From Antedon mediterranea (taxonomy: Eukaryota > Animalia > Echinodermata): 64,000 nucleotides of DNA. The stretch lies in contig NC_092678.1 of assembly GCF_964355755.1 (NCBI RefSeq), positions 202,422 to 266,421 on the forward strand, read 5' to 3'. Below are positions 45,881-60,829 of this stretch, piece after piece. Positions within the stretch are counted from its first letter, which is position 1; every line of letters starts with the position of its first letter. Below the pieces are notes generated by a model. It searched no databases, was not told the origin of the DNA, and worked only from the letters and a program-made list of their open reading frames with translations. Position numbers and translations under genes: made by a program.

Positions 45881-47734
45881 GTCAACAAATTAAATTGTTA
45901 GTGTACCAACCAAGGAGGTATAGGGATTTGAAATTAACAACTCCCTGGTTTTTGCAGTTAAATGTTGTGTAATGCACATGTAAGTTATTACATAATTTTC
46001 GACAGAATTTTAAATAACATTAACAACCAAAATGACCAATAAATCAAATTACATACAATTACAACTTAATTGATTTATTTAAATTAATTGTATTGATTTT
46101 GCTATTTAAAAAAGCATGTTAAATATGAGTAAAAAAGTACACAAGGAAGTATTTAAAAATTGAGTGGGGGATGTTTGGTTATTTGTTTAAAAAGCAACAA
46201 TTATTATTCTTAGAAACATGACCTTGACATTCTGTACATCCTAATGATACATAAATTGTTAGGCCATTCTACAATTTGTTATTTACAAAAGAAGAGGCGT
46301 TTTTTTAAACCAAACATACAAAAATATAAGAGAGACTTAATTTAATCCACTTAATCATTGAAATGTCTTGGTATGTATTCTTTGTTTTACTTATTTATAG
46401 TTTTACTTTAGTATCAAAAAACTTTAAGAGTTTACGTTTAGGCCGGCGCCTGTGATTCAATATTTTGTAGATACAGTGCTAACTTAAGCTTCCTGTTATG
46501 CCATGCTTTGATGAGGTCAGTTGTTCCACATATTCATAGATATTATTACCACAACTTTTCAGAAAAGATTGAATTAATATTTAATAACTTAAGTGTGATG
46601 CATTGTGAAGTAAAATGAATGAATATGGACTCACAATACAATGTTTCTTTATTCTCATTGAGCATCTCTTTGTTAATTTCTTTAAAAGATTTTACTTCAA
46701 GTTTTTATTTTTTTTATTGATGTTTCCTTTTTTCATTTCTTTAAAAGATTTTCCTTTTTTATTTTATTTCAAAACAACAGCAAACAGAATTCGCCATAAC
46801 AGGAGTGTTAAATAGAGATTATATGTTCTCGGGCTAATTTTGTACATAACTTATATATGGATAAATTATTATTGTAAATATATCAGCATAAAAAAGATTG
46901 TTGCCATTAATATTTCTAAAACAGTTTTTTCTACACAATTGTAATCAGTCTGCAATACTACATTTAAGACTCAGTTCAATTTAGCTGCATTCATTTGTAC
47001 GCATTTTTTGTTTTCAAATAATTAGCCGCCAGAACATACGCTTCATTTGTTTCTTTTGTCAAGGTTGCTTAGTGATTATCACACACACATTGATTCAATA
47101 ACACAAATAATATTGTAATTAATAAACTGCATTGTTACACACAAACCTACAGGATAACATGGGATATGACGATATATTTTAAATATTTTACTTATAATTG
47201 TTATTGTACAATAAGTGAAACTGAAGGTAATATTACTTTTCCATTTCCTGACATCACATCCTCAATTAATATTCTACTAATACATTGAGGAAGTCAGGAG
47301 TGTTGTGTAGTATAATAATCCAGCTGTATTTAGGTCAATCTATAATTGTTGATACCATTCAGTTTTGTACTTTCTCTAGGCCTACTGGTTTTGTACTTTC
47401 TCTAGGCCTACTGGTTTTTAAAAAAATATATAGAATATAAATAAACATTATAATGTGTCAACTGCATACACACATGTTAGCTTTTATACCAATGTTGTTA
47501 TTTAATATTCTTGAATCAAAATAGTGATACTATAGGAAGTATACTGATGTCCAGTTGTGTGATAATGACAATCATTGTGTTGTGACACCACAAACCCACC
47601 AAAATAACCTTCTACACTGACCAATAACAATCTAAAATGACAATTTCCTTTCCAGATCAATGTCTCTTGTCAAGTGATAATTTATGATTTTGTTCTTTTT
47701 TAACAGTTCAGACAAATGTACAGACAGTAAGAAA

Positions 47735-50700
47735 ATGGTGAATGACATCAAGAGGGCTGTGTTGCTAGGCAAGCTGAACTCTTTGCCAAAAGTACCTTCT
47801 AAGATTGTCAGAATCTTTGTTAGTTCAACATTTGGGGGTGAGTCAGGGGTAGAGGTGGGTTGTCATCATTTGGGGGTGAGTCAGGGGTAGAGGTGGGTTG
47901 TCATTGCTTGAAGAAGTGAACATTCTCACTATCTGTTATCTGTGGTGTCTGTGCATTATAACTTGGGATGGTAATGCTCAGAAAGAGGATGTTGTTAGGA
48001 TCTGCGGACCTTGTGTTCTTTGTTTAAAGATTTCTAGGAACAAAAATGTTTAAACTGCATATTGCTATCATATGGACTCACTTGGAGGATCTGCTCCAAC
48101 ATCATGACAGTAATGATATGATTGCAACCAAACCTGATCAAGAGTTCAGAAGTTGCTATCACATGATAATAAAAACATTGTTATTATTAGATACTGTGGC
48201 AGAGAGGAATATTCTACTTCAGAAGGCGTATCCAACGTTGAAGAAATGGTGTCAAGAAAAAGGCCTAGACTTCCAGGTAGTTGACATGCGATGGGGTGTG
48301 AGGGATGAAGTTAACGACGATCACATGACGCTGAACATCTGTCTACGTGAGATTGAGAACTGTCAGAACCTATCAGTAGGACCAAATGTGCTGGTAAGTA
48401 TTCATTTACCGCAACGAATCAACAGTATTTTTTAAATTTTGATTTATTAACTGTCTGTGTTTTTTAGTTTTTGCTTGGCCAGCGTTATGGCTGGAGACCA
48501 AACCCAGCTGCTATTGATGCCATAGAATTTGAAACCATTCTAAAGTTTGCTAAAGATGATGAGAATGACCATAGTCTTCTGGAACGTTGGTACCAAAAAG
48601 ATGACAATTGTGACCCGCCAGTGTTTGTACTTCAAAAGGTCACACAGGACAGAAAAGACGACTGGATTAGAAACTCTAACAATATAAGCAAAGCACTGAG
48701 AAAAGCAGTTGAGGGCGCCATAGTAGCTAATGAAATCGGACAAGACAGAATGAAACATTATTCTATGTCAGGTAATACTTGCAATTAAAAAAACAACACT
48801 ATTTTTTATAATCAGTAGGCCTAGAGTTGATTTAGTATTTAAAAAAAACAATTTCTGTTTTGCTTAGTTACTGAACAGGAGGTCAAGTTTGCCCTAAACA
48901 CTGACAACCCAGATAATCACTGTGTTGCATTCGTAAGGACGCTGAACCACCTGGAAGACAATCTCAAAAACACTAACGTTCATAGTTACACAGATTTCCT
49001 CAATTCTTTGGAAATTGACAAAGAAGCACGAGATCTTCTGAAGGAATTCAAAGAAGAGTTTCTTCCTTCTAAGCTCAGTAAGAATAACATTCATAAGTAC
49101 TTCATAGAGTGGACAAGTGAGGGAGTAGATGCCACAAACATCGAACACTATCAATACCTGATCAAACTTTGTACGACGTTTGTAAAAGATGTTAAAGATT
49201 TGGTGAAGAAAGGTCTTGGAGAATCCAATCTCTTGGAGCTCTGCCAAGACGCACTCTTTATGGAAGTGCTTCACCACAGTAAATTCTGCCTACAGAAATG
49301 TAAGAACTTCTGCGGACGAAAAGGACTGTTACAAGAGATTGAAATTTATCTGTCAAATCCAGCGAAAACGAAGCCACTGGTGATACACGGGCCATCTGGT
49401 GTTGGGAAGACTTCAGTGATGGCAAAAGCTGCGATGGAACAGCAGAATAAAAGAGACTGCCAAACAGTCTTACGATTTCTTGGAACGTCATCACATACCT
49501 CCAATATTTTTCAAGTTATGCTTTCAATATTTAACCAGATATGTGAAGTGTATAACCTAACTATTCCATCTAGCGTCAACTTGAAGAGATTTGCAGATCT
49601 TGTAAAATATTTTCCGGTTTTACTTCAACACGTTTCAGATGTCGCTGAAGACAAACCATTAATCATACTATTAGATTCGCTTGATCAACTTCAGCCTGCA
49701 TTTGATGCTTACGAGGTAAAATGGCTGCCGAAAAAATGTCCGCCTAATGTCAAGATAATCCTGTCCACATTGCCAGATGCGTCAAATATTTTGGATGAGC
49801 TGAAAGAGTGGATTGTAGACGAGGAGTGTTTTATGGCAGTGAAACCATTGCCAGATGATACTGGAGAGGAGATCCTAAACTCCTGGATGGCTAGTATTAA
49901 CAGAACAGTTACTCAAGAACAGTCTATTGTTATAAGAAAAGGTTTGTGATTGTTTAAATTGATTGGTATTATTTAGTTTAGTGTTAAATTACAGGAAAGT
50001 CAATTCATTCTCAACTTTATATTATTTTACTAGTGTTTGCAATGGAAACCATAAAACAAAATGTAGTTGTACACCAAAGACTATTATTCTTGTTTATGGC
50101 TTATTATAATCTTCACACACAAAATCAATAATTTTATTATTATTAAGTGTATATATAGTGTAATATGTTGTGTGAAATAAACTGAACTGAAACTAGTGTG
50201 TAGTATATCAATAGCTAACCTGAATATAACTACTGTATTACTACAGCCTTTCAGCAATGTCCTCAGCCTATCTTCTTAAAGTTGGTTTTTGAAGAAGCAC
50301 GGCGTTGGAAGTCATACACTGCTGTGGAAGACAGCGACCTGGCGTACACGGTACGGGAAGCTATTTGGCAGCTGTTTGACCGTCTGGAAAGACAATTTGG
50401 AAAAACTGTGGTTTCACATGCAATGGGCTACATAAGTGCATCAAGGTAATAATAATAGTATGCTAATTTTTTGGTAGTGTAAATTCGCCCTAAATTAATT
50501 CTATGACGTTATGTTTTTAGCATAATATAAGGGTAAATTTTAAATCTATTTACTTTATTATTTATTAATAGAAATGGAGTGACTGAGGGTGAATTGGAAG
50601 ATATCTTATCAATTGACGATGAAGTCCTAGATGAAATATACCAGTATTGGTCACCACCAAACCCTGACGTAGTCAGACTACCCCCTCTACTGTGGGCGCG

Positions 50701-53700
50701 TCTTCATAATGAGATACGAGAGTATATGGTAAACCGTGAGGCGGATGGCAGGACCGTAATGGTCCTCTATCATAGGTTAGTGCTTTACATTGTCATATAC
50801 TCTAAGTTATTTTATAACTTTATACATTCAATTCAACATTTTGGTCAATAAATAGTAAATCACAGTAAAATAATTACTTTTTGTATGCGGCAGGCAATTC
50901 ATTGAAGCATCCAGAGACAAGTACTTGCTAGATGACAAGGAGAGACGTGCTCGGCATCAGCTGTTGGTAGATTTCTTCTTGGGTACCTGGAGTGGAAATC
51001 AAAAGAAGGTAAAATAATCATTTACTCTGAAACATACAGCCTTGAGTATTTGTTAACGCCACTGTCACACACCCCCAAGAGGGTCCCTTGATACATTGCA
51101 TACGTTGTTGAGGGTCACCTTCTAATAAGGTGAAAATAAAAATGGTGTTTCGCTAATAAAGTTGTCTTTCTTTTCCACAGACTCTAATTCTGAACCAACG
51201 TAAAGAAACCTTAGAAGCCTACAGGAACGTCTCGCATCAACCAATTATGTTTAAGAATGTGTTCAATTATCGAAAGCTAAATGAACTTCCGTATCATATG
51301 CTCCATGCTGAAAATGAGGAGCAAATGATAAAGGTACATACTTAATTTTAAAAACACTGAAAGAAATTTCTTACAAGTGTACATATTTAATTTTGAGTAT
51401 GCAACTAAAAATAACAATGGTAAAACTTAACTCAATATAACTAACTAAATAGTTGCATAATATCTCCTTTTTAGCACATTCTTGGAAACTTTGACTTCCT
51501 GTATTCATGGGTAGAGGCTTACACGCCACAACATGTCATAGAAGAAATGGATATGATCATTGCTTACCCAACAACAAGTGAACAACTTATAGTAGAGCTG
51601 CGGCTTGTTCAGGATCTGCTCAGGTGAGATTTGGAATAAAGTCTGTCGTTACAAGCGGTTCTAACATTAACAAACCTAACAGAAAATAATATAAAGAATC
51701 ATTTTTATTTTAATGTTAAATGTTTTGAAAATTCTTTTTTTATTAGATTAGTGAAGCCAACCTTAGAATATGCAATAATTCTAAAACAATCAAATTGCCT
51801 AGCAACCGACGTACTCGGGCGAATGTTGCATTTTGCCGACACACATACGTGCATTATAAAGTCACTGTTAAAGGGCGCTACTAGATGGTGTAAGAACTAT
51901 CATAAGCAGGTGGTGTATGCTACGCGTAGCTGTTACCCTTCTCCTGGAGGCCCACACCGAGCAACGCTTGTTGGACATACAGGTAAAAGCAACACATTTT
52001 TATAAGATAGATAAAAAAAGAAAGATTAGATGCAGAGATCTCTCTACAATTGTCAATTATCTCACGCATTTTGTTTTCCTTTTAGGAAATATACTAGATA
52101 TTGTGGCAAATGAGGAAGGCACTTTGGCGGTGAGTGCAAGTGAGGACGGTACTGCTAGGCTCTGGGATCTAATGGACGGTGAACCAATATTGACCTTCAC
52201 AGGTCATTCAGGTCAATATCTCCGTTAACATTATACACTCAAATTTGAATATTGTACTGTATACTTACAATTAAAATTAAGTTTGAGAATATGCAATGTT
52301 AAAATAAACTTTTGCTCTTATATAGGACCAGTTCACTGTGTCGCCATGTCTTCTGATTCTGCCTATCTTGTCTCAGGATCTGCTGATGACTCTCTCAGAG
52401 TCTGGGATGTTGATTCTGGTGAAGAGCTTCGGGTGATCAAAGAAGATCATTCATCATACTCCAATCATTCAGTACTTTGTATATCACATGACTGTAGCAA
52501 GATTATCTCCGCATCTAATGCGATCATTAATGTAAGGATGAATCTGAAATATTAAATTGAGAGTGTGAGAACAATTGTTATGAATTAAATTTTTGTTTTT
52601 CAATAAATCAAAACATTGTTGCAAGTTGTGTTATATTATCAGTTTTAATATTTATCTCTATAGGTTTATGAATTGAGTTCAGGTGTTGAAATACATAATT
52701 TGACAGGTCATAGTTCACCAGTCTCATCAATATTCATAAGCAAGGATGACATGATACTGGTTAGTGGATCTGATGATAAAAGTGTCAAAGTTTGGTCAGT
52801 TGCTACAGGCAACCTACTAGCAGACAAAAAGGAGTTTGATGGCGAAGTGTCAAAGGTCGTCATGACTAATGACGGACATATTCTTGCTGGGGACAAAGTT
52901 GGAGGATTGAGAGTAAGTATTTAATGCAGTTGATTGAGAAAAAAAGATTGAAATTAAACAACCGTAATTGTTACGAATCTTTTTTTCATAATTTCTACAG
53001 ATTTTCTCAACTTCAAAAATTGAAGAAAGTGAGATTGAGGTGAGCATAAAGCATGTGATGCAAACACCAGATAATGCTAGGGTGTACTCTCTGTGTGCTA
53101 GCAACGACTCCAGGTGGATGGTGGTTGCAGCAGACATGAACGTTCTCGTCTATAGTGTTGCGGACTGCAGCTTACAACATACGCTTACAGGTAACATATT
53201 ATATTGGTAAATAAAGTTCTTTGAAAAATGTTTTCATCTGGTTTTATGTTAACTATCTGTTTATACAGATAGTGCTGCAGTACATTTATTTAATATCATG
53301 TGACCCTCAATCCTTCAATCAAATGACAAGAATCTTGGAACGCGTTATATAAATTACAATGTTGATTGCGTTCTTCTACTTCCTTGCTGTTTTTGTATCT
53401 GATTTACAATTTGTTTCTGTTGGTAGGACATGAAGGAATAATTGATTGCGTTGCTGTGACATATTCTGATAAGTACATAGTCTCTGGAGCGCGAGACAGC
53501 ATTATGAATGTATGGGATTTGGCAACTGGCCAACTTGTTGAAAGTCTTGAGGGCCAACAGGTTGAAGTCTCCAACTTTGCTTTGACAGGCGACATTGTCA
53601 TTTCTACCTCAATCGTGTCGCAGTACATCAAATTATGGAGTACGGAGGAGAAGTACATCTCTCATTTCAATCTCTTTTTTCGGGATCAGTCTGGTGTTAT

Positions 53701-54807
53701 CGCCGTCACAAGAGACAAGAAGTTTGTCTTGCATTATTCCGCAAACCCACCTGAAATAGTAGTCTGGTGTTGTGAGGCTAGAAAACCTGTACAGAGTCAG
53801 TACAAGCATACATGCAATGTTAATACCATTATAACATGCTCCAATAACATCACAGCGTTGTCAGGTGACGTAGAGGGTGTATTTCTTATTTGGAACATAA
53901 ACACGACCGATGCTATTTCTCGACACGAGTTTGAAGATTGTATCCGCCATATTGCTATCCGAAAGGACGATAAATTTGCCGCAGTAGCACTTAAAAATAA
54001 AATATCATTATGGGATATGGAAACTCATTCGGTTGTAAAAACATGGACGCCACTACAGAACGAAAATGAAACAATCGAACGTGTTCTACTTACAAGTGAC
54101 AACCAAGTGATCTGTGGTTTAAACACTGGTGTTGTGTTAGTGTTAGGAGATGACGACACTAACATAAAGACATTGTCACAGTGTAAGTCTTCTGTCACAA
54201 GCTTGGTCCTTAGTCCGAGTGAAGATGTCCTTGCTGTTGGGTCTCTGGACACATGTGTGCCAGTTTGGGATTGGAGAGCTGGAACATTAATACAAATTAT
54301 AGACGATGTAAGTATTTTAGACTAATATACTAAGAAGAAACATTGTTAAGGAATATACTAACAATGGTGATACAAGAAGAAACATTGTTAAGGAATATAC
54401 TAACAATGGTGATACAAGAAGAAACATTGTTAAGGAATATACTAACAATGGTGATACCAGAAGAAACATTGTTAAGGAATATACTAACAATGGTGATACA
54501 AGAAGAAACGTATTGTTAAGCTTGGTTCTCACTAGAATGTAACGCAAAGACGTAAACGCAACTCAAGGCGTGTTAACCAATGACAAGCGACAGTTTGAAT
54601 AATCTATCGCTTGGTGATACAACATGCCAAGGTTTGACTTAATAGTGTACTTAATATGGTGATACAACATGCCAAGGTTTGACTTAATAGTGCACTTAAT
54701 ATAATCAGTTTAAAAAACATTTAAAAGCACTATATTTCGTTACGTTACTAATTGATGTGAAGCGCCGCTGATTATAATTAAATGTTGTATAAATGTGCGC
54801 TATACAA

Positions 54808-54848
<41 letters not shown>

Positions 54849-55513
54849 GGTCTTGAGTACCGTACTTACAGTATATGAATCAATTGTTGTTTTTAATTTA
54901 TGTTAATTCTAATTTGTTACATCTATATAGACATTTAAAATGGTTTCCATGGCGTTTACTGAAGATGGACACTACTTAGTAACTGGTTCATCAGACAAGG
55001 TGAGAATTTTTTAATAATTGTGCCTCAACAAATATAATTCCAAAACATCCATAAAGTACAAAGAAAAAATTTAAATATCTTACTTGTTTTCAATTTTAGT
55101 TGATACGAGTTTGGCAAATGAGCGATGGTTCCTTCTACATGTCTCACTACATCTACTCTGACCTGGTTACCATGGTAATTCAGGATAATGAGATCATTGG
55201 TGGTACAAGATATGGACAACCAATCGTCCTAGCGATCCATGAGAAACCGACAGAAGTTCTTGAAGTGACTCCTGGATTTTCCAGCGCAGACGGTTTTGTT
55301 GACTCTCAGCGATCAGATGATCTGGCACCAATCGATACTACGCCTTCTAACAAATCTGAGGAAGAAGCTAAAACAAATGCAATAATTGAAAAAGAGACTG
55401 AATTAGACAAAAATACCAGTAAAGAATCTTTGACGGAAACAGAAGCTCAGGAAGAGGTGTCAAAACCACCGAAGAAAAAGAAACGCAATTCACAAGTTTG
55501 CTGTGTGCTTTAA
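47735..55513 (+). CDS. NACHT- and WD-repeat-containing protein (NWD1/NWD2-like): DUF4062-like N-domain, NACHT/STAND ATPase, WD40 propellers, ~1624 aa
   Basis: 17 phase-consistent exons: 47735-47837, 48191-48393, 48468-48771, 48868-49941, 50247-50445, 50572-50775, 50894-51008, 51181-51333, 51475-51623, 51747-51982, 52086-52211, 52326-52531, 52664-52912, 53001-53190, 53427-54307, 54931-54999, 55100-55513. RIFVSSTFGD..ER, VDMRWG, Walker A GPSGVGKT, Walker B IILLDSLDQL, RLPPLLWARL, GH...WD repeats. The start ATG is inferred. Confidence 0.9.
54330..54510. repeat. 42-bp tandem repeat x4
   Basis: Unit AAGAAGAAACATTGTTAAGGAATATACTAACAATGGTGATAC. Confidence 0.93.
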
Positions 55514-56114
55514 ACAGCAATAAAACATGTACAGTATTGTCTTGTCTAAGTAGTCTTTCTTTACTAAACTTACTAAATAAGAATAAGAACAAACTGGTTT
55601 GATAGAAAAGTGAGATACAGCACAGTGCCAAATCCATTATTCTTAGTACCATTTGGTGCCATTAGTTGGCACAGTACGAACACATCACATCATTTGTAAT
55701 ATTTTAAATGCAATCATTTTTATTCAATTTGTAAATTAGTGTAAGTAGTAGTAGTTTAATGTATTTTAACAACCAGCTTACAGTATATAATTTTAATATA
55801 ATAAATAAAGAATTTAAGAGATTGATGAAATATAATTAAATTTTAGTGAATTCAAAAGAAGAAGTTATTTTTGTATTAAATTCTACAGTACTGTCAGAAT
55901 ATGGAAATTTGCAATTATTCTTGTCTCTGTTATTTTATGAATACCTTTTGACAAATGAACTCACAAAGATATTTTATGCAACGTCTGGGTTAAAAGTATC
56001 AATAATTTAAGCTAATCCAATTTCATGTTTCATAAATAAAATTTAAAAAGCATATTCATTAGAAATAAAAATATTATAACATACAGTATACAATTAAAAT
56101 ACAAAGGAAATAAA

Positions 56115-57570
56115 ACAAGGTTGAGAGACTTCTCAACAACCAAAACATTACGACATTCAAGGTTGAAAGACTTCTCAACAACCAAAACATTACGACATTC
56201 AAGGTTGAGAGACTTCTCAACAACCAAAACATTACGACATTCAAGGTTGAGAGACTTCTCAACAACCAAAACATTACGACATTCAAGGTTGAGAGACTTC
56301 TCAACAACCAAAACATTACGACATTCAAGGTTGAGAGACTTCTCAACAACCAAAACATTACGACATTCAAGGTTGAGAGACTTCTCAACAACCAAAACAT
56401 TACGACATTCAAGGTTGAGAGACTTCTCAACAACCAAAACATTACGACATTCAAGGTTGAAAGACTTCTCAACAACCAAAACATTACGACATTCAAGGTT
56501 GAGAGACTTCTCAACAACCAAAACATTACGACATTCAAGGTTGAGAGACTTCTCAACAACCAAAACATTACTACATTCAAGGTTGAGAGACTTCTCAACA
56601 ACCAAAACATTACGACATTCAAGGTTGAGAGACTTCTCAACAACCAAAACATTATCGACATTCAAGGTTGAGAGACTTCTCAACAACCAAAAAATTACGA
56701 CATTCAAGGTTGAGAGACTTCTCAACAACCAAAACATTACGACATTCAAGGTTGAGAGACTTCTCAACAACCAAAACATTACGACATTCAAGGTTGAGAG
56801 ACTTCTCAACCACCAAAACATTACGACATTCAAGGTTGAGAGACTTCTCAACAACCAAAACATTACGACATTCAAGGTTGAGAGACTTCTCAACAACCAA
56901 AACATTACGACATTCAAGGTTGAGAGACTTCTCAACAACCAAAACATTACGACATTCAAGGTTGAGAGACTTCTCAACAACCAAAACATTACGACATTCA
57001 AGATTGAGAGACTTCTCAACAACAAAAACATTACGACATTCAAGGTTGAGAGACTTCTCAACAACCAAAACATTACGACATTCAAGGTTGAGAGACTTCT
57101 CAACAACCAAAACATTACGACATTCAAGGTTGAGAGACTTCTCAACAACCAAAACATTACGACATTCAAGGTTGAGAGACTTCTCAACAACCAAAACATT
57201 ACGACATTCAAGGTTGAGAGACTTGAACCAAAACATTACGACATTCAAGGTTGAGAGACTTCTCAACAACCAAAACATTACGACATTCAAGGTTGAGAGA
57301 CTTCTCAACAACCAAAACATTACGACATTCAAGGTTGAGAGACTTGAACCAAAACATTACGACATTCAAGGTTGAGAGACTTCTCAACAACCAAAACATT
57401 ACGACATTCAAGGTTGAGAGACTTCTCAACAACCAAAACATTACGACATTCAAGGTTGAGAGACTTCTCAACAACCCAAAAATTACGACATTCAAGGTTG
57501 ATAGACTTCTCAACCAAAACATTACGACATTCAAGGTTGAGAGACTTCTCAACAACCAAAACATTACGAC
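56115..57570. repeat. 42-bp minisatellite, ~35 copies, each with a 7-bp-stem hairpin
   Basis: Unit CAAGGTTGAGAGACTTCTCAACAACCAAAACATTACGACATT; no spacers. Confidence 0.97.
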
Positions 57571-58265
57571 AATGATTCTCACCTTGATAATATTCAGAAA
57601 ACAATATGAAGTATTTATTGGTATTTAAAACACAAAAAGTTCTTTTAAAACTACTTTAGCAGAAAATGCAGGGCACATCTAAGCGCTGAACAATCAACAG
57701 AAAATAATAATAATACACTGAGCTACTGTATTGTTAAAATATTAATAATTAATATTGAGAGAACAATACCTACAGACAAGAACTTTAATCATTGTATTCA
57801 TGATTTATTATATTTTTTATTCAGTTTTTTTCACATTACACAATATTTAGACTTAACACAATATTAGAATAGATAATTCAAGACAACAAAGAGAGGTAAC
57901 AGTTTGCTGGACATTGTAAAAGGTGCGAAGGAAGAGTAGTGTCCAAGCTGATGGTCAACACAGGGCAAAGGTCAATTTGAAGACAAGCACGGACATTTGT
58001 GGATTTGCTGCAAAGGATACAGGCTTCATTGAAATACAGACATGGATGCAGGATTGAAGGTCTATCGCTGAAGTCCATCGCTGAAGTCCTTCCGAAGACA
58101 AGCACTGATATTTGTGGATTTGCTGCAAAGGATACAGGCTTCATTGTTGAAGAAATACAGACATTGATGCAGGATTGAATAAATAGAGGTCCATCGCTGA
58201 AGTCCATCGCTTAAATTCATCGGAAGACAAGTCACTGGATAGACAATTCAGATTTAAGCGTGGAA

Positions 58266-59816
58266 CTAAATCTTCTGAGGATTTTCTGGATGAATTAATA
58301 AATGTTTTTTTAAATAACTACTGTGCCTGAATGTAATTCCACAGTGTTTACACACATAGGGCATCTCTCCAGTGTGTAGCCGCCAATGTCTCTTTAACGC
58401 ACTACAATAAGTGAATTTTTTGCCACAATGTTCACACTCAAACGGCTTCTCGTCAGAATGTATTCTTGAATGTTTCTTTAAATCACCCATTTGATTAAAT
58501 TTCTTTCCGCAATGTTCACATTCATGTGGTTTTTCTCCGGTGTGTATCAACAAATGAGCTTTCAAGTTACTGCTTTGTCTAAATTTCTTGCCACAAATCT
58601 CGCATTCAAACGGTTTCTCGCCCGTGTGGATTCTCAAATGTGATTTTAAATTACTATTTAGATTAAAAGCTTTTTCACATAGGTCACATTTATATGGTTT
58701 TTCTTTGGCATGTTTTTTTAAATGTCTTTTCAAAGCACAGTGGTGAATAAATGTAAGCTCACAGTGTTTGCATTCAAATGCCATTTCTTGTTTATAAATT
58801 CTTAAATGTTTTTTTAAGTAACTGGCATCTTTAAACTTCTGGCCGCAATGTTCACATTCATACGGCGTCTCTCCTGAATGTATTGTTAAATGTCTTTTTA
58901 AGGAACTGCTGTTAACAAACTTTTTATCACAATGTTCGCATTCAAACGGCTTCTCTCCAGTGTGTTTCATAATGTGCGTTTTCAATATATTTTTATGGTT
59001 AAACCTCTGTCCGCACAGTTTACATTCATAAGGCATTTCTCCTGTGTGTATTCTCAAATGGGATTTCAAATGACTATTGAGGTTGAATGCTTTACCGCAG
59101 TGTTCACATTTGAATGGTTTCTCTCCAGTGTGTATTCGTAAATGTCTTTTCAGTCCGCTACTATGATAAAATGCTTTCCCGCATTCCTCACATTTAAATG
59201 GTGTCTCTCCTGTATGTGTTCTCAAATGTATTTTTAAATGCCCCATTTGGTTACATTTCTTTCCACAATGTTCGCATTCATACGGTCTTTCTCCGGTGTG
59301 TAATCTTAAATGTCGTTTCAAAGTCCCACTTTTATTAAACCGTTTGCCGCAATGTTCACATTCAAATGGTTTCTCTCCGGTATGTATTCGTAAATGTGAT
59401 TTATAATTACAACTTTTTAAAAATTGTTTTCCACAATGTTCACATTCGAATGATCTTTTTGAAGTATGTGTTTTTAAATGTCTTTTCAAAGCTTTCATTT
59501 CATTGAAACTTTTCTCACAATGTTCACATTCATAAACAACTGCATGTTGTTTTGTAAGGTGCACCATTAAATCTTTTTGTTCGTCAAATATACTCCCACA
59601 TCGTTCACACTGAACTTGATTTGTAGTTGAGTGAATTTCCATATGTATTTCTAAGTCATTTAACAGGAATTTTTCCCCACAGTATTCACACTTATATTTT
59701 GTTGTTGAATTTAATTCCGAAGGCGTTCCTATAAAGCTATCTTCTTGAGATTCATCCATTTCAATGCCTCCATCATCAGGTGAGTTTGTTACTTCTAAAT
59801 CAACACTCCTAATCAA
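58266..59816 (-). CDS. Poly-C2H2 zinc-finger protein, ~17 fingers
   Basis: Repeated CxxC..HxxxH with TGEKPFEC linkers; frame open up to an acceptor near 59872; first in-frame ATG at 59759; true N-terminus uncertain. Confidence 0.9.
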   Translation of the reverse strand: MIRSVDLEVTNSPDDGGIEMDESQEDSFIGTPSELNSTTKYKCEYCGEKFLLNDLEIHMEIHSTTNQVQCERCGSIFDEQKDLMVHLTKQHAVVYECEHCEKSFNEMKALKRHLKTHTSKRSFECEHCGKQFLKSCNYKSHLRIHTGEKPFECEHCGKRFNKSGTLKRHLRLHTGERPYECEHCGKKCNQMGHLKIHLRTHTGETPFKCEECGKAFYHSSGLKRHLRIHTGEKPFKCEHCGKAFNLNSHLKSHLRIHTGEMPYECKLCGQRFNHKNILKTHIMKHTGEKPFECEHCDKKFVNSSSLKRHLTIHSGETPYECEHCGQKFKDASYLKKHLRIYKQEMAFECKHCELTFIHHCALKRHLKKHAKEKPYKCDLCEKAFNLNSNLKSHLRIHTGEKPFECEICGKKFRQSSNLKAHLLIHTGEKPHECEHCGKKFNQMGDLKKHSRIHSDEKPFECEHCGKKFTYCSALKRHWRLHTGEMPYVCKHCGITFRHSSYLKKHLLIHPENPQKI

Positions 59817-60829
59817 TTTCTGAGGCTCCCTAATGACCAGCTTTGGCTGAATGCACCACCCTCGTAAAATACTGTTGAAATAAATAAATTAAAGGTTTCT
59901 TCCTTCATTCAATCGTGTTATTGTCTTTCATTTTAAATGCATGTTTATGATTTTTCAAATGATAAAGTTGTCGATGCTTTCTGGAATTGAAATATAATCA
60001 GTTATCTTTAGCCTGCATATGATAAATCTTCTGTCTCTCACACACGGCCCGCAGTAGGGTCATGCTCTACACCCGGTATCGCCCTGTGGGGCCTGTTTTG
60101 TTGTATGATTAGACCACCCTCTTGATAAGTTATGTTTTGTGGCATTATTAATATTAACAATATTATTAACTGATTTTAACTTGTTTCTGGAAATAAAAAT
60201 ATAGGCCTATATAATATAAGTTAAATTTATCACTAGAGCATGTTAATAACATGTACTTGATATCATTTCATACCATACAAACTCACCGGGGCTACCGGGC
60301 GTACAGTTTAAGAAAAGGGCCTCCCACCACCCCGCAACCACAAGTCAGATGACTGAGCTAGGCCTAGGCCTAACTAAGGTCAGATAGGCCTATTCTAACA
60401 GAATAAAAGATCCTTCCTAAAAGTGCTTTGATCGATTTATCAAATCAATAATGCATATTTAAACTATACCTAAATGCACTATTCAATTATAAAATAAAGA
60501 AACTTACATATCATCTGTCAAAATCCTAGGCTCCCGATCTCTTTGTTTTGATTCTGAACAAACACACCCGTCAAGTTATTGTGATTATGGAACGCCAAAA
60601 GAGCAAAACAAAACAGTTAAAGTATAAAATGAAACTTGTGTTGTATAGTCAATTTATTTAAATAAACAAATTATTTACATAATATTTCAACATGTTATTA
60701 TATTATAGTATATACTGTACTCAATATATTAATATAATGTACTACAGTTAGAATACATAATTACATATTAACTTTAACACATGCACATGACTGGAACATA
60801 ATACATTGGATTTTTTACATGATTAAAAT

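Noticed and set aside
48540-54252. Antisense ORFs within the NWD-like gene
   Set aside because: Shadow ORFs opposite coding exons with no independent motifs
56115-57570. CRISPR-like palindromic repeat array
   Set aside because: Units are contiguous with no unique spacers, there are no cas genes, and the context is eukaryotic
57878-58207. 109-aa minus-strand ORF downstream of the first ZNF gene
   Set aside because: Consists of a ~120-bp imperfect duplication in the probable 3'UTR with no recognisable protein motif
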